Origin: Candidatus Saccharimonadota bacterium
GTDB taxonomy: Bacteria > Pseudomonadota > Gammaproteobacteria > Enterobacterales > Enterobacteriaceae
DNA: 32,000 bases
Reading direction: 5' to 3'
Assembly: GCF_014857065.1 (NCBI RefSeq)
Contig: NZ_CP046533.1
Span: forward strand, 180,001 to 212,000
The translations under genes were made by a program, and so were the position numbers. The notes beneath the pieces were generated by a model, which was given only the letters and a program-made list of their open reading frames with translations, ran no database searches and was not told the DNA's origin. Below, piece after piece: positions 1 to 11,565 of the stretch (position 1 is its first letter; the number at the start of each line of letters is the position of its first letter).

Positions 1-2807
1 AAAATCATGGGAAATGTTTTATCTTCACAAAATCCAAAAATATCATTTTGGCCGCTATTTTTAGCACTAATATATTGATGTGTAAAACCAATAACACTAT
101 CAATCGTATTAATTAATACAGATCTGTCGCTGCCGAAGCAATCGCAAGCGCCAGACATTATTAATTTTTCTAATACTCGTCTATTTAATTTTTTGCTATC
201 AGTATACAAACATAAATCAAGTAATTTATGAAAAATTCCATGTTTACGGCGAGCTTCTATAATAGCCTCAACAGACCCTAAACCTATTCCTTTAATAGCC
301 CCTATCCCATAAACAATCTCTTTTTTTTTATTAACATAAAAATAATATTTACCATTATTAATATTTGGAGGTAATACACGTATTCCCATTCTATAACATT
401 CATCTATTACTCTTACTACTTTATCTATATTATCTATATCGGCGTTTAATACTGATGACATAAATTCTGCAGGATAATGTGCTTTTAACCATAAAGTTTG
501 ATATGAAATAAATGCATAAGCAGCAGAATGAGACTTATTAAAACCATAACCTGCAAATTTTTCTACTAAATTAAAAATTTTCATCGATAATTTAATATCA
601 ATACCTAATTCGACAGAACCTTCTCTAAAAATACAACGTTGTTTAACCATCTCTTCCATTTTCTTTTTACCCATGGCGCGACGTAATAAATCAGCCCTTC
701 CAAGACTATATCCTGCTAATACTTGTGCAATTTTCATTACTTGTTCTTGATATAAAATAATACCATAAGTAGATTCTAAAACCGGACGCAATGATTGATG
801 TTGCCATTGAAAATCAGGGTAAGATAACATTTCACGTCCATGCTTTCGATTTATAAAATTATCTACCATACCTGATTGGAGAGGTCCTGGACGAAATAAA
901 GCAACTAAAGCAATAATATCTTCAAAACAATCTGGTTTTAATCGTCTAATAAGTTTTTTCATACCATAAGATTCTAACTGAAATACCGCAAGAGTATTTC
1001 CAGTTTGTAGAAGATTAAAACTTTTTTTATCTTTTAATGAAATAGAAGTAATCTTCAATGGTAATAAACCCGTTGCAGTACGATCTTTATTAATCATTTT
1101 CAATGTCCAATCGATAATAGTTAAAGTACGTAAACCAAGAAAATCAAATTTTACTAAACCAATTCGTTCTATATCATCTTTATCGAAATGGGTCATTGAA
1201 TATTTACCATCAGAATCATAATACAATGGAGAAAAATCTGTTATTTTAGTCGGTGAAATTACTATCCCTCCGGCATGTTTTCCTACATTTCTCACAATAC
1301 CTTCTAATTTACGCGCCATATCAACTAATATCTTTACATCATCATTATTATGATATAATTCACGTAACTGAATCTCATTAGACAAAGCTTTGTCTAAAGT
1401 CATACCGCTCTCTGAAGGAATTAATTTTGAAATACGATCCACAAAATTATAAGGATAACCTAATACTCTACCCACATCACGAACTACAACTTTAGCAGCC
1501 ATAGTCCCAAAAGTAATAATTTGAGACACTGAATCTTTACCGTATATTTCAGCAACATGATCAATTACTCGATCTCGTTTTTCCATACAAAAATCAATAT
1601 CTAAATCAGGCATAGATACTCGTTCAGGATTCAAAAAACGTTCAAACAATAAATCAAAAACTAATGGATCAATATCCGTAATTTTTAATACATATGCTAC
1701 AAGAGACCCTGCGCCAGAACCTCTGCCAGGACCAACCGGTATACCATTTTCTTTTGCCCATCTAACAAATTCCATTACAATTAAAAAATATCCTGGAAAA
1801 TTCATTTGATTAATAATTTCTAATTCAGTATTTAATCTCACATCATAAGGATGTCTTTTAAAAGATCTTTCTTTGTAATTTGGAAATAAAGATATCAAAC
1901 GATCTTCTAATCCTTGGCGAGCGTGCATAACAAAAAAATCTTTTTCGGACATATTTTTTGTAGGAAATTTCGGTAAAAAACATGAATCCAATTTTAAAAT
2001 TACATTACAACGACGTGCAATTTCTACACTATTTATTAAAGATTCAGGTAAATCAGCAAATAATTCACACATTTGAGATTCATCTCTCATAAATTGCTGT
2101 TCGCTATAAATACGAGGCCTACTTTTATCATCAACTGCAAATCCTCCATGAATAGCTACACGAATTTCATGTACATCAAAATCTTCCTTTTGTATAAATC
2201 GTACATCATTGGTAGCAACTATTGGTAAACCTTTTTTTTTAGCTAATTCCACAGCAGCATGGAGATAAATTTCTTCATTTTGACGTCCTGTACGTATTAT
2301 TTCTAAATAATATCTATTAGGAAAATAACGATCATAAAAAAGCAATAATCGCTCCACATTTGATATATTATCATCAATTAAATTTTTCCCTATATCACCC
2401 TTACATCCTCCTGAAAGAATAATTAATCCTTTATGATAATCAGAAAACCAATCTCTATTAACAATAGGACCTAAATTAGTAAGACCATATTGATAACTTT
2501 TAGAAATTAATAATTTTAAATTATTAAAACCAATATTATCCGTAGCCAAACACGTTAATTCAAATATATTATCATCGAAATTCTCATCTTTTATTAAAAA
2601 ATCAACACCGAAAATTGGCTTAATACCTGTATTATAACTGAAATTATAAAATTTAATTAAACCAAATAAATTATTAGAATCAGTAATAGCTAATGCCGGC
2701 ATTTTAAATAAAAATGCTTGTTTAACTAAAGAATTCACTTTAGCTATTCCATCGATCATGGAATAATCACTGTGTACATGAAGATGAATAAATTTTGGTT
2801 CAGACAT
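1..2807 (-). CDS. dnaE: DNA polymerase III alpha subunit, partial (N-terminal ~935 codons; C-terminus lies beyond the left edge)
   Basis: It is absent from the ORF track because the frame runs off the window without a stop. The reverse complement of 2761-2807 reads ATG TCT GAA CCA AAA TTT ATT CAT CTT CAT GTA CAC AGT GAT TAT = [15 protein letters not shown], matching the DnaE PHP-domain N-terminus (E. coli MSEPRFVHLRVHSDYS). The same frame was re-checked at 2150-2240 ([22 protein letters not shown]) and at 1-60 (GQNDIFGF, compare E. coli GQADMFGV). It sits next to rnhB as in E. coli. Confidence 0.95.
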   Translation of the reverse strand, partial: MSEPKFIHLHVHSDYSMIDGIAKVNSLVKQAFLFKMPALAITDSNNLFGLIKFYNFSYNTGIKPIFGVDFLIKDENFDDNIFELTCLATDNIGFNNLKLLISKSYQYGLTNLGPIVNRDWFSDYHKGLIILSGGCKGDIGKNLIDDNISNVERLLLFYDRYFPNRYYLEIIRTGRQNEEIYLHAAVELAKKKGLPIVATNDVRFIQKEDFDVHEIRVAIHGGFAVDDKSRPRIYSEQQFMRDESQMCELFADLPESLINSVEIARRCNVILKLDSCFLPKFPTKNMSEKDFFVMHARQGLEDRLISLFPNYKERSFKRHPYDVRLNTELEIINQMNFPGYFLIVMEFVRWAKENGIPVGPGRGSGAGSLVAYVLKITDIDPLVFDLLFERFLNPERVSMPDLDIDFCMEKRDRVIDHVAEIYGKDSVSQIITFGTMAAKVVVRDVGRVLGYPYNFVDRISKLIPSESGMTLDKALSNEIQLRELYHNNDDVKILVDMARKLEGIVRNVGKHAGGIVISPTKITDFSPLYYDSDGKYSMTHFDKDDIERIGLVKFDFLGLRTLTIIDWTLKMINKDRTATGLLPLKITSISLKDKKSFNLLQTGNTLAVFQLESYGMKKLIRRLKPDCFEDIIALVALFRPGPLQSGMVDNFINRKHGREMLSYPDFQWQHQSLRPVLESTYGIILYQEQVMKIAQVLAGYSLGRADLLRRAMGKKKMEEMVKQRCIFREGSVELGIDIKLSMKIFNLVEKFAGYGFNKSHSAAYAFISYQTLWLKAHYPAEFMSSVLNADIDNIDKVVRVIDECYRMGIRVLPPNINNGKYYFYVNKKKEIVYGIGAIKGIGLGSVEAIIEARRKHGIFHKLLDLCLYTDSKKLNRRVLEKLIMSGACDCFGSDRSVLINTIDSVIGFTHQYISAKNSGQNDIFGFCEDKTFPMI

Positions 2808-2865
2808 ATTATTTAATAGAAAAGTTAATTGGGGTGAATAACTTTCAAATTTAATCTTAAATTAA

Positions 2866-3450
2866 TCATAATACTCGCTTGACAGAATTAAAACTACGTC
2901 GATGATGTATAGTAGCGCCATGTAAAAATAATTTTGATAAATGAAAAACAGTTGGATAACCCTTGTGTTTAGAAAAACCATATTCTGGAAATTTTAAGTC
3001 TAATATTATCATTTCTCTATCACGACTAACTTTTGCCACAATTGAAGCAGCACTAATTGACATAATTTTAGTATCTCCTTTAATTATTGCCTGAGAAGGC
3101 ATAGAAAAAAACGGAGATTTATTACCATCTACCAAAACATAATCTGGTGTTACTGATAAATTCATTACAGCACGTTGCATTGCTAACATAGTAGCTTGTA
3201 AAATATTTAAGTTATCAATTTCTTTCTCTTCCGCATAACCCAAGCTCCAAGAAATTGAATACTTAATAATATTTTCATATAAAATCAAGCGTGTCTTTTC
3301 CTTTATTTTTTTAGAATCCTTTAATCCAAAAATTAACTTTTTGGGATCTAATATAACAGCAGCAGCTACTACCGGACCAACCAATGAACCACGGCCTACT
3401 TCATCGACGCCGGCAATCACTTTTTTAGAAATGTTATGAAAAATACACAC
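2866..3450 (-). CDS. rnhB: Ribonuclease HII
   Basis: 194-aa [29 protein letters not shown] matches the E. coli RnhB N-terminus [26 protein letters not shown]. The GTG start at 3450 has AAGG about 9 nt upstream and gives the same 12-residue lead as E. coli. Position lpxB-rnhB-dnaE is conserved. Confidence 0.93.
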   Translation of the reverse strand: MCIFHNISKKVIAGVDEVGRGSLVGPVVAAAVILDPKKLIFGLKDSKKIKEKTRLILYENIIKYSISWSLGYAEEKEIDNLNILQATMLAMQRAVMNLSVTPDYVLVDGNKSPFFSMPSQAIIKGDTKIMSISAASIVAKVSRDREMIILDLKFPEYGFSKHKGYPTVFHLSKLFLHGATIHHRRSFNSVKRVL

Positions 3451-3484
3451 TATTTATACCTTTATTTCATAAATTTTAAAATTA

Positions 3485-4624
3485 CTAATTTATTAACCTT
3501 AATACTGCATCAGCTGCTTTTTCATTAGCATTACAACGAATTTGCTGATGTAATATACGAAAAGTTTTTTTTAGTACAGAACGGTGATGAACATTTTCTA
3601 ATAAAAAAGTCAATGCTTGTTCTAAATTTTCAGGATGACACGAATCTTGAATAAATTCTTTCACTAACTCTCGTCCTGCAAGCAAATTTGGTAAAGATAT
3701 CCAAGGAGTTTTAACCAAGATTTTTAATAACATAAAGGTTAAAGATTTTACACGATAAGCGACTACCATGGGACATTTAGCTAACATGCACTCCAAAGTA
3801 GCTGTGCCTGATGCTAACAATGCTACATCAGCAGCAATCATAGCTTGATGTGATTGATTATTTAAAATACGCAATTTCATATCTTTTGCATAAATTTTTT
3901 GAAATTCATTAATTATCGAATCATCTGTTAAAGACACCAAAATCTCAAGTTCTGGAAATTTTTTAATCAATAATCTAGCACAATGTAAAAAATCATTAGT
4001 TAACATTTTAATTTCATTTCGTCTGCTACCAGGTAATATAACTAAACAACGAACGTTAAATGGAATACCTAATTCACGGCGTGCTGCTAATTTATCTGGA
4101 TCCAATGGTAATAAATCTGCCAAAGCATGGCCAACAAATTGACAAGGTATATTCAATTGATCATATAACATTTTTTCAAAAGGCAAAAATGATAAAATAT
4201 TATCTGCAGCTAAGGCCAATTTAAAAATCCTTTTTTTCCTCCATGCCCATATAGACGGACTGACATAATGAATAGTACGAATACCACGTTTCCTTAAACT
4301 TCTCTCTAAAGAAATAGTAAAATCTGGAGAATCAATGCCTATAAAAACATCAGGTTTTAAAATAGAAAAACGGCGGATAAGATCCTTACGAATGTGTAAG
4401 ATACGTGGTATTCGTACTATAACTTCTGTAATACCTACTATTGATAACTCTTCCATATTATACCAAGATTCCATACCTTCACATTTCATACGAGGACCTG
4501 CAATACCAATAAAACGTACATTTGATAATTTACTACGCAATGCACTTATTAAACCAGCCCCAAGCAAATCCCCAGAAGATTCACCAACGACTAGTCCTAT
4601 TAAAATAACAGATTTTATTGACAT
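3485..4624 (-). CDS. lpxB: Lipid-A-disaccharide synthase
   Basis: The 379-aa ORF is collinear with E. coli LpxB (382 aa). Shared motifs: GESSGDLLGAGLI, HYVSPSIWAWRKKR, LLASGTATLECMLAKCPMVVAYR, PNLLAGRELVKEF, LHQQIRCNA. The ATG start lies 2 nt after the lpxA stop. Confidence 0.95.
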   Translation of the reverse strand: MSIKSVILIGLVVGESSGDLLGAGLISALRSKLSNVRFIGIAGPRMKCEGMESWYNMEELSIVGITEVIVRIPRILHIRKDLIRRFSILKPDVFIGIDSPDFTISLERSLRKRGIRTIHYVSPSIWAWRKKRIFKLALAADNILSFLPFEKMLYDQLNIPCQFVGHALADLLPLDPDKLAARRELGIPFNVRCLVILPGSRRNEIKMLTNDFLHCARLLIKKFPELEILVSLTDDSIINEFQKIYAKDMKLRILNNQSHQAMIAADVALLASGTATLECMLAKCPMVVAYRVKSLTFMLLKILVKTPWISLPNLLAGRELVKEFIQDSCHPENLEQALTFLLENVHHRSVLKKTFRILHQQIRCNANEKAADAVLRLIN

Positions 4625-4626
4625 AA

Positions 4627-5415
4627 TTAACGAATTATACCTCTTTGAGAACGAATTAAAAATTTAAGAAAAGTTTTTACAACTGGATATTGTATAGATA
4701 ATGATTCTAATTCTAATTTGGCACATTCAATAGTTTTATTGCTACGATAAAGAATTTTATAAGCAGAATTAATTGCATTTAATGCATTACTATCAAAACC
4801 GCGCCTTTTTAAGCCTTTAATATTCAATCCAAAAGGAGTTGCATGATTGCCATGAGCAACAATAAAAGGCGGTACATCCTGAGCCACTCCTGAACAACCA
4901 CCTATCATAACATGAGACCCAATAATACAAAATTGGTGTATTGCAGTCATACCTCCAATAATAGCGTAATCATCTATTATCACATGACCACCTAAAGTAA
5001 CATTGTTAGCCAAAATACAATAATCACCAATAATACAATCATGTGCAACATGAACATTAATCATTAATAAATTATTATTACCTATTTTGGTGATTTGTCC
5101 ACCATGCACTGTTCCTCGATGAATGCTCACACTTTCTCTAATTAAATTATGATGACCAATTTCCATACGTGTATCTTCCCCAGCATATTTTAAATCTTGA
5201 TTAACTTCACCAAGAGAAGCAAATTGATATATTAAATTATCCTCGCCAATATAGGTAATTCCATTAACTACAACATGAGATTTTAACAATGTACGAGCGC
5301 CTATCTCAACATCAGAACCAATAAAACAAAACGGTCCAATATGTACATTAGCATGAATAACAGCTCCCTTTTCAATAATAGTAGTAGGATGAACAAAAGC
5401 AGATTGATGTATCAC
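4627..5415 (-). CDS. lpxA: UDP-N-acetylglucosamine O-acyltransferase
   Basis: 262 aa, the same length as E. coli Lpx[34 protein letters not shown] compares with E. coli [33 protein letters not shown]. Hexapeptide repeats run throughout. The start is GTG (5415-5413). Confidence 0.95.
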   Translation of the reverse strand: MIHQSAFVHPTTIIEKGAVIHANVHIGPFCFIGSDVEIGARTLLKSHVVVNGITYIGEDNLIYQFASLGEVNQDLKYAGEDTRMEIGHHNLIRESVSIHRGTVHGGQITKIGNNNLLMINVHVAHDCIIGDYCILANNVTLGGHVIIDDYAIIGGMTAIHQFCIIGSHVMIGGCSGVAQDVPPFIVAHGNHATPFGLNIKGLKRRGFDSNALNAINSAYKILYRSNKTIECAKLELESLSIQYPVVKTFLKFLIRSQRGIIR

Positions 5416-5419
5416 AAAT

Positions 5420-5875
5420 TCAGGTCTCTCTACGACGAGCGCACATCATTAATGCTTCACAAACCATTTCATTATCAACTTTTACTACACCTTTAAAACG
5501 TGCAACACCACGACGTTCTCTAATAAACCTAACCTCAATAATCATTTGATCTCCGGGTTCAACCGGACGTTTAAATCGAGCTTCATCAATGGCAGCAAAA
5601 TAATACAACTCTCCTGGCTGTAAAGCTCCAGAACTTTTAAATGCCAAAATACCTGTAGCTTGAGCCATAGCCTCCAAAATCAACACACCAGGGAAAATAG
5701 GTCTACCGGGAAAATGACCTTGAAAAAAAGGTTCATTAAAAGAAACATTTTTTACAGCTCTTAAAATCTTTCCTTTTTCAAAGTTTAATACACGATCAAT
5801 TAATAAAAATGGAAAACGATGAGGTAGAAGCTCTAATACTTCTTCGATATGCAAAACATTAGCATTAATAATCAA
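5420..5875 (-). CDS. fabZ: 3-hydroxyacyl-ACP dehydratase
   Basis: 151 aa, the same length as E. coli FabZ. Shared motifs: [16 protein letters not shown] and [30 protein letters not shown]. The start is TTG (5875-5873). Confidence 0.95.
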   Translation of the reverse strand: MIINANVLHIEEVLELLPHRFPFLLIDRVLNFEKGKILRAVKNVSFNEPFFQGHFPGRPIFPGVLILEAMAQATGILAFKSSGALQPGELYYFAAIDEARFKRPVEPGDQMIIEVRFIRERRGVARFKGVVKVDNEMVCEALMMCARRRET

Positions 5876-5999
5876 AATACTCTTCCCTGCCTCAAAAATA
5901 ACACATTAATAATACTAATAATTAACTTTAATAAAATAATAAACATTCAATAATTTGGATAAAATATTAAAATAATCTAATTACCTCAGTAAAAGATTA

Positions 6000-7022
6000 T
6001 CAAATTTTCATTAATTTTTTTTCTGTTTCTTTAATTCTTTTATTAATATTATTTATCTCCATTAATAAAACTGCTGTTTTTCTCCATTTTTTATTGGGCT
6101 GTACAGGTATTCCTGAAGAATAAATACCAGGTTTAACAATATCTCTCATTACCATACTCATGCCAGTAATTATTACATTATCACAAATTTTAATATGACC
6201 ATTAATAACACTTGCACCACCTATCATACAATACTCACCTATAATCAAACTACCAGCCATAACTACACCACCAGCTACTGCAGTGTTTTTACCGATTACT
6301 ACATTATGTGCAATATGACATTGATTATCTATAACAACTCCATCTCTAATAATAGTGTCATCTAATGTGCCGCGATCAATTGTAGTACAAGATCCTATAT
6401 CTACTCGATCACCAATGATAACTTTCCCTAATTGAGAAATTTTAACCCAAACTCCATCATCATTAGCATAACCAAATCCATCAGATCCAATAACAGCTCC
6501 AGATTGTATAAAACAATACTTACCTATTTCTACTTCATGATGTATAGCGACATTGGCGCATACATGCGTTCCAAAACCTATTTTTGTATTTTTACCTATG
6601 AAAGTTCCAGGTCCAATTATTACATCATCACTTAATATTACTCCAGAATCTATCACTACATTAGGGCTAATTACAACTCTTTGACCAAAAATAACATCTG
6701 ATGCAATAACAACGTTTGCCCCAATATTTTCAAATGTTTTTGAAGCGGTATCTATCAAACGCGTTAATCTTGCATAAATGAGATAAGGATTTTTCACTAC
6801 CAAAGCAGCACTTCTACAAAAAATTAAACTCTTTTCACTAAGAATAACTGCTGAAGCCTTACAATAAACAAGTTGTTTTCGAAATTTTGATTTTGATAAA
6901 TAAGTAATTTGTCCAGGTTTTGCGTTCAAAATAGAAGAAATTCCAGTAATTAAAATATCACCATCTCCATGCAATTTAGCATTCAATTGTTGAGCTAAAT
7001 TAGATAATTTAATTGGAAACAT
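6000..7022 (-). CDS. lpxD: UDP-3-O-(3-hydroxyacyl)glucosamine N-acyltransferase
   Basis: 340 aa (E. coli 341). [23 protein letters not shown] compares with E. coli [23 protein letters not shown]. Also [22 protein letters not shown] and left-handed beta-helix hexapeptide repeats. The ATG lies 3 nt after the skp stop. Confidence 0.95.
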   Translation of the reverse strand: MFPIKLSNLAQQLNAKLHGDGDILITGISSILNAKPGQITYLSKSKFRKQLVYCKASAVILSEKSLIFCRSAALVVKNPYLIYARLTRLIDTASKTFENIGANVVIASDVIFGQRVVISPNVVIDSGVILSDDVIIGPGTFIGKNTKIGFGTHVCANVAIHHEVEIGKYCFIQSGAVIGSDGFGYANDDGVWVKISQLGKVIIGDRVDIGSCTTIDRGTLDDTIIRDGVVIDNQCHIAHNVVIGKNTAVAGGVVMAGSLIIGEYCMIGGASVINGHIKICDNVIITGMSMVMRDIVKPGIYSSGIPVQPNKKWRKTAVLLMEINNINKRIKETEKKLMKI

Positions 7023-7025
7023 TAA

Positions 7026-7532
7026 TTATTTAACCCACTTCAATACATCATTAGTAATATCTTTTATATTATTAGCATAAGCTATAGCATTAGCATCAAG
7101 AACTAAATCATAACCTTCTTTAACAGCAATTTTCTTTACTGCATCATGAATAATATTTAAAATTTTATCACGTTCTTCTGTTTGACGATAATGATTATCT
7201 TCTTGAAAAGCTTTAGCTTTATTAGATAAATCTTCACGCTGAGCTATAACTGATTTCTCTAATATAGATCGTTCATCAGCACTCATTATATTACTTTCAC
7301 GTTGAAGATTTTGCATTTTTTCCTGAAGATCACGCTCCATTAATTGAAGTTCAATCGCACGATCTTTAAATTCATTTTCAAGTTGTTTAATTACCTGTTC
7401 ATGATTAACAGTATGCTGAAAAATATCCGATATACTAACTACTACAATCTTACTTGAAGCAAAAACAGCCGAAAATTTTAACATAATCAACACTATTAGA
7501 CATAAAATTCTTTTCACTAGCTCCTCCTTCAT
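7026..7532 (-). CDS. skp: Periplasmic chaperone Skp (OmpH/HlpA)
   Basis: 168-aa ORF with a hydrophobic signal-like N-terminus. The C-terminus DLVLDANAIAYANNIKDITNDVLKWVK compares with E. coli [28 protein letters not shown]. It lies between bamA and lpxD as in E. coli. The true start may be GTG at 7517 (see findings). Confidence 0.9.
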   Translation of the reverse strand: MKEELVKRILCLIVLIMLKFSAVFASSKIVVVSISDIFQHTVNHEQVIKQLENEFKDRAIELQLMERDLQEKMQNLQRESNIMSADERSILEKSVIAQREDLSNKAKAFQEDNHYRQTEERDKILNIIHDAVKKIAVKEGYDLVLDANAIAYANNIKDITNDVLKWVK

Positions 7533-7705
7533 CCCATTAAAATTGTTTAAAATTTAATATTTTATATTTTAATAAAAATAAAATCAAAAATCTTCTGAAC
7601 TAACATTAACTTATGCAAACTAGATGAAGAACCGAAAAAAAATAAATATAAAATATTGAGTAATTATACTAAAATTACAAAATGAATAAGCTATTCATTA
7701 GAACA

Positions 7706-10180
7706 TTACCATGTTTTTCCAACATTGAATTGAAATTGTTCTAACTGATCACCTGCATATTTTTTAATCAATTGAGCATAAGATAAGATAATTGGTCCAA
7801 ATGGAGAAATCCACTGCAAAGAAACACCGCCAGACACCCTAATATTCTTCGGATTTTTATAATTTGGAATACCAGCAATGTAAGTCTTTATTGTATCCTT
7901 CCAATACGTATCCCAAACACTACCCATATCTACAAATAAAGAAGTACGTATAGTATCAAAATATTTTTCATGTATCCAAGGTAAAGGCACTATTAATTCA
8001 TTTCTAACAACAGCCATAGCATTACCACCTATAGCATCATTAGAATTCTCTACTAAACATATATCATAATTACCGTTATTACAAACAAATTTATAATACG
8101 CAGCCTTTGGACCAATCGTATTAGATTTGAAACCCCTTACACTGTTAATTCCTCCAGCATAAAAATTATCATAAAAAGGCATCTCTTTATTACACATTCC
8201 CATAGAATATCCAAATCGTACTTGATGCATAAAAATCCAACTTCTATTAATATCTAATGGTATATACTGATCAAGATCAAACGCCATTCTTAAATATTCA
8301 TTGTCAGAACCAGGTATTGCTATCTTATTTAAAAAACGAAAACACGAACCACTCGTTGGAAAATAATTGCTATCCAACTTCTTATAATTCCATCCTATCA
8401 TTAAAAAGAAATCTTTAGCACTAAAGTTTAAACTATTATTCATTTGATGATTAAAAATAATTGTCGGAATAATATTTTGTGCTTTTAAATACCTCAATAT
8501 TACTACTTGAGGTTTTATATTACCCAAATTATTGTACATATAATCCATGCCCATATTCAATGAATGATATTCTTTTATAGGTAAACCAATATTAAAACTT
8601 AAACCATAACTTTTTAAATCATAATCTGCTAATTCTGCATTATTAGCGTTAAAAGAATTATAAAAAAATTTCCTACTAAAACTAATAGAGTCTAAAGTAA
8701 GATAAGGATTAAACATTAATACTTCCATATAAGTTTGATAATGATTTTTAATACCGCTTAAACCAAAAACATAACCTTTACCTAGTAAATTTTCCTCTTG
8801 TATATTAAATTGAAAATTGGCACCACTTTCACTACCAATACCTACACTAATATTCATACTACCAGTATTACGCTCTTTTACTTTATATATCACATCTACT
8901 TGATCAAACACATTTGGAACACGTTTAAAATCAAACGTAACAAAATCAAAAAAACCGAGACGCTCTAATCGTTGCTTACCTTGTTCCACAAGATAAAGAA
9001 CAAAATGCGACCCCTCCATTTGTCCTATTTCTCTACGTAACACTTCATCTTCTGTAAGATAATTTCCATCAAAACATATTTGACGAACATAAAATCTATT
9101 ACCAATGTTTACTACAATACTTAATTCTACTGTTTGATTAAAATCATCAATATTTTCATTAATTAACACATTAGGATATACATAACCATTATTTCCTGAT
9201 AAAGATTCAATATCATTTTTTATTTTTTCAATCTTTAAGTTACTATATAGTTCATTTTGAATAATTTCAGATAATTGTTGAATTTTTGTAAGTAAATTTG
9301 ACATTTGGCCACTGACTGCAATTTTTGAAAATGTATATTGAACTCCCTCATTAATATATATCGTAATATAAACATTTTGCTTATCTGATGTTAAATGTAT
9401 CTGAATAGAGTCAATATTAAACCTAACATAACCTCTACTCAAATAAAAATTACGCAAAGATTGTAAGCAATGAAATAATCTTTGATTTTGATATCCATTA
9501 TCTTTAATTAAGTGCCACCATTGAAAATGATTATAAAACTGAAAATCGGAAAATAATTGATCAGCATTAAATTCATTATTACCTATAATATTTATTTGTT
9601 TTACTTGAGCTAATTTACCTTCAGTCAATATAATTTTTAAATCAACACGATTCCTAGTTAACGAAGTAATCGCTATCTCCACGAAAAATTGAAATCTACC
9701 AATACTATAATAAAATTCATTAAAATCCTTTTTTACTTTCTCTAAAGAATAAGAATTCAACATATGACCTATTCGTATATCTTGTAATTCTAAAATCTCC
9801 TTTAATACTTCTTCTTTTATTATCTTATTTCCTTGAAAACTAATATCATTAATTATAGGGTATTCTCTTACTCGTACTATTACTGAATCGCCATCACGCA
9901 ATATCTGAATATCTTCAAAATAACCTGTAACAAATAAAGACTTAATAATTTTACCAAAATCACTGTCATTTATTTTATCACCTGTACTAAAAGGCATATT
10001 AGACAATACTAAAACCATACTTACTCTTTGTAATCCTTCAAAATTGATACTTTGAATTACAAACTGTTCAGCACATACAAATTTTGAACCAAAAACAAGG
10101 ATTGTGAAAAATAAAAACTTAATTATTATCGATATAATAATAATTCTATGTTTTTTACTTAAATTACATTGCAGAATCAT
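7706..10180 (-). CDS. bamA: Outer membrane protein assembly factor BamA (YaeT/Omp85)
   Basis: The 824-aa ORF is collinear with E. coli BamA (810 aa). Shared motifs: FEGLQRVS, LTRNRVDLKI, YKVKERNTGS, MPFYDNFYAGG, AIGGNAMAV, and the C-terminal EQFQFNVGKTW (E. coli EQFQFNIGKTW). The ATG overlaps the rseP stop as ATGA. Confidence 0.95.
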   Translation of the reverse strand: MILQCNLSKKHRIIIISIIIKFLFFTILVFGSKFVCAEQFVIQSINFEGLQRVSMVLVLSNMPFSTGDKINDSDFGKIIKSLFVTGYFEDIQILRDGDSVIVRVREYPIINDISFQGNKIIKEEVLKEILELQDIRIGHMLNSYSLEKVKKDFNEFYYSIGRFQFFVEIAITSLTRNRVDLKIILTEGKLAQVKQINIIGNNEFNADQLFSDFQFYNHFQWWHLIKDNGYQNQRLFHCLQSLRNFYLSRGYVRFNIDSIQIHLTSDKQNVYITIYINEGVQYTFSKIAVSGQMSNLLTKIQQLSEIIQNELYSNLKIEKIKNDIESLSGNNGYVYPNVLINENIDDFNQTVELSIVVNIGNRFYVRQICFDGNYLTEDEVLRREIGQMEGSHFVLYLVEQGKQRLERLGFFDFVTFDFKRVPNVFDQVDVIYKVKERNTGSMNISVGIGSESGANFQFNIQEENLLGKGYVFGLSGIKNHYQTYMEVLMFNPYLTLDSISFSRKFFYNSFNANNAELADYDLKSYGLSFNIGLPIKEYHSLNMGMDYMYNNLGNIKPQVVILRYLKAQNIIPTIIFNHQMNNSLNFSAKDFFLMIGWNYKKLDSNYFPTSGSCFRFLNKIAIPGSDNEYLRMAFDLDQYIPLDINRSWIFMHQVRFGYSMGMCNKEMPFYDNFYAGGINSVRGFKSNTIGPKAAYYKFVCNNGNYDICLVENSNDAIGGNAMAVVRNELIVPLPWIHEKYFDTIRTSLFVDMGSVWDTYWKDTIKTYIAGIPNYKNPKNIRVSGGVSLQWISPFGPIILSYAQLIKKYAGDQLEQFQFNVGKTW

Positions 10181-11541
10181 AATCTAGATAAATCATTAAA
10201 AATAGCTAAACCCATTAATAACATTAAAAAAATAAAACCTATACGATAACAGAAATCTTGTATATTTAAAGAAATAGGCCTTCCTTTAAACTTTTCTATC
10301 ATTAAAAATAAAAGATGACCACCATCTAACACAGGTAATGGTAATAAATTAATAATACCTAAATTAATACTAATCATAGCTAAAAACATAAAATAACAAC
10401 TCAATCCATGTTCTGCTGATATACCTGCTCCTTGCGCTATGGATATGGGTCCACTTAAACTATTTAACCCAACACTTCCTGTAATTAACTTTAATAACAT
10501 ATGAACTGTAAAATTAATCATTTGCCAACTTTTTTTTATTGCTTGATTAAAAGCATCTACAAAATTTAATTGATACGCAGTTTTGTATGCAGTTGACATA
10601 GGAGCGACTTTTGGTAAAACTCCAACATATCCTTCTACTATACCGTTACTCAATATTTTTTTATCAGGTATCAAATAAACATCCAAAAAATTTTTTTGAC
10701 GTTCAATTGAAACTTTTAGCGTTTTACCCGGATTTTTTTTTACTTTATTAGCAAATATCTGCCAATCATCCACTAATTGGTTATCAATCGAAATTATTTT
10801 ATCATTAGTTCGTAAACCAGATTTCTTAGCAGATGAACCAGGATAAACTTTCATTATGATAGGTTCAATGTATGGAGTAAAAGGAATAATACCTATTTTG
10901 AGAATAGGATCATCATTAATGTTAAGATCAGCTACCCAATGACGCAAACTAAGAACATACTTTTTCACACTGGAAGCATTACTTGATGATGTAACAATAC
11001 TAATTTCTTCTTTGCCCATTTTTTCTAAAAGTTGTAACCTAATAGTATCCCAATTTGGAGTTACAATATCATCAATAAATTTAATCTCAACACCAGACGA
11101 CATTCCAATTTGATCTGCAATAGAATTAGGAATTACTTCTCCAATAATAGGTCGATAATTTTCAACGCCTAACATAAATACAAACCAATATAACAAAACA
11201 GAAAAAAGAAAATTAAACATTGGACCAGAAAAAACAATCAAACTACGTTGCCAAATTTTTTTTTGATTAAACTTACCGCAGGAACTCTTACGTTCTGTTC
11301 CATTTGATTGAATAAACTCATCTAACATTTTAACATAACCACCAAGAGGAACCATAGATATTACATATTCAGTATTTCGTTTATCACGCCATCTCCATAA
11401 AACTTTGCCAAAACCAATAGAAAATCGTTCTATCACTACACCGCAACAACGAGCTACAATAAAATGACCGCATTCATGCACTGTAATTAATGTTCCCAAA
11501 GCAATAATGAATGAAGTAATATCCCAAAATAAATCTAACAT
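10177..11541 (-). CDS. rseP: Regulator of sigma-E protease RseP (site-2 zinc metalloprotease, YaeL)
   Basis: 454 aa (E. coli 450). MLDLFWDITSFIIALGTLITVHECGHFIVARCCGV compares with E. coli [35 protein letters not shown] and includes the HExxH motif. The second motif NLLPLPVLDGGHLLF is also present. Confidence 0.94.
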   Translation of the reverse strand: MLDLFWDITSFIIALGTLITVHECGHFIVARCCGVVIERFSIGFGKVLWRWRDKRNTEYVISMVPLGGYVKMLDEFIQSNGTERKSSCGKFNQKKIWQRSLIVFSGPMFNFLFSVLLYWFVFMLGVENYRPIIGEVIPNSIADQIGMSSGVEIKFIDDIVTPNWDTIRLQLLEKMGKEEISIVTSSSNASSVKKYVLSLRHWVADLNINDDPILKIGIIPFTPYIEPIIMKVYPGSSAKKSGLRTNDKIISIDNQLVDDWQIFANKVKKNPGKTLKVSIERQKNFLDVYLIPDKKILSNGIVEGYVGVLPKVAPMSTAYKTAYQLNFVDAFNQAIKKSWQMINFTVHMLLKLITGSVGLNSLSGPISIAQGAGISAEHGLSCYFMFLAMISINLGIINLLPLPVLDGGHLLFLMIEKFKGRPISLNIQDFCYRIGFIFLMLLMGLAIFNDLSRL

Positions 11542-11565
11542 ATTTATTTACCATCAATCCTAATT

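Noticed and set aside
4335-4667. 110-aa plus-strand ORF
   Set aside because: It lies entirely antisense to the well-conserved 5' part of lpxB and the lpxA 3' end. It is a shadow ORF in an offset antisense frame, with a low-complexity I/R/S/P-rich product and no recognisable family.
6432-6635. 67-aa plus-strand ORF
   Set aside because: It is antisense to the hexapeptide-repeat core of lpxD and is a shadow ORF.
7681-7699. Perfect palindrome AATGAATA-AGC-TATTCATT just downstream of the bamA stop, followed on the minus strand by TTGTAATTTT (terminator-like)
   Set aside because: The stem has a single G-C pair, so it is very weak. Such hairpins occur by chance in this composition, and bamA-skp are co-transcribed in E. 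coli. It is not supportable as a terminator without 3'-end mapping.
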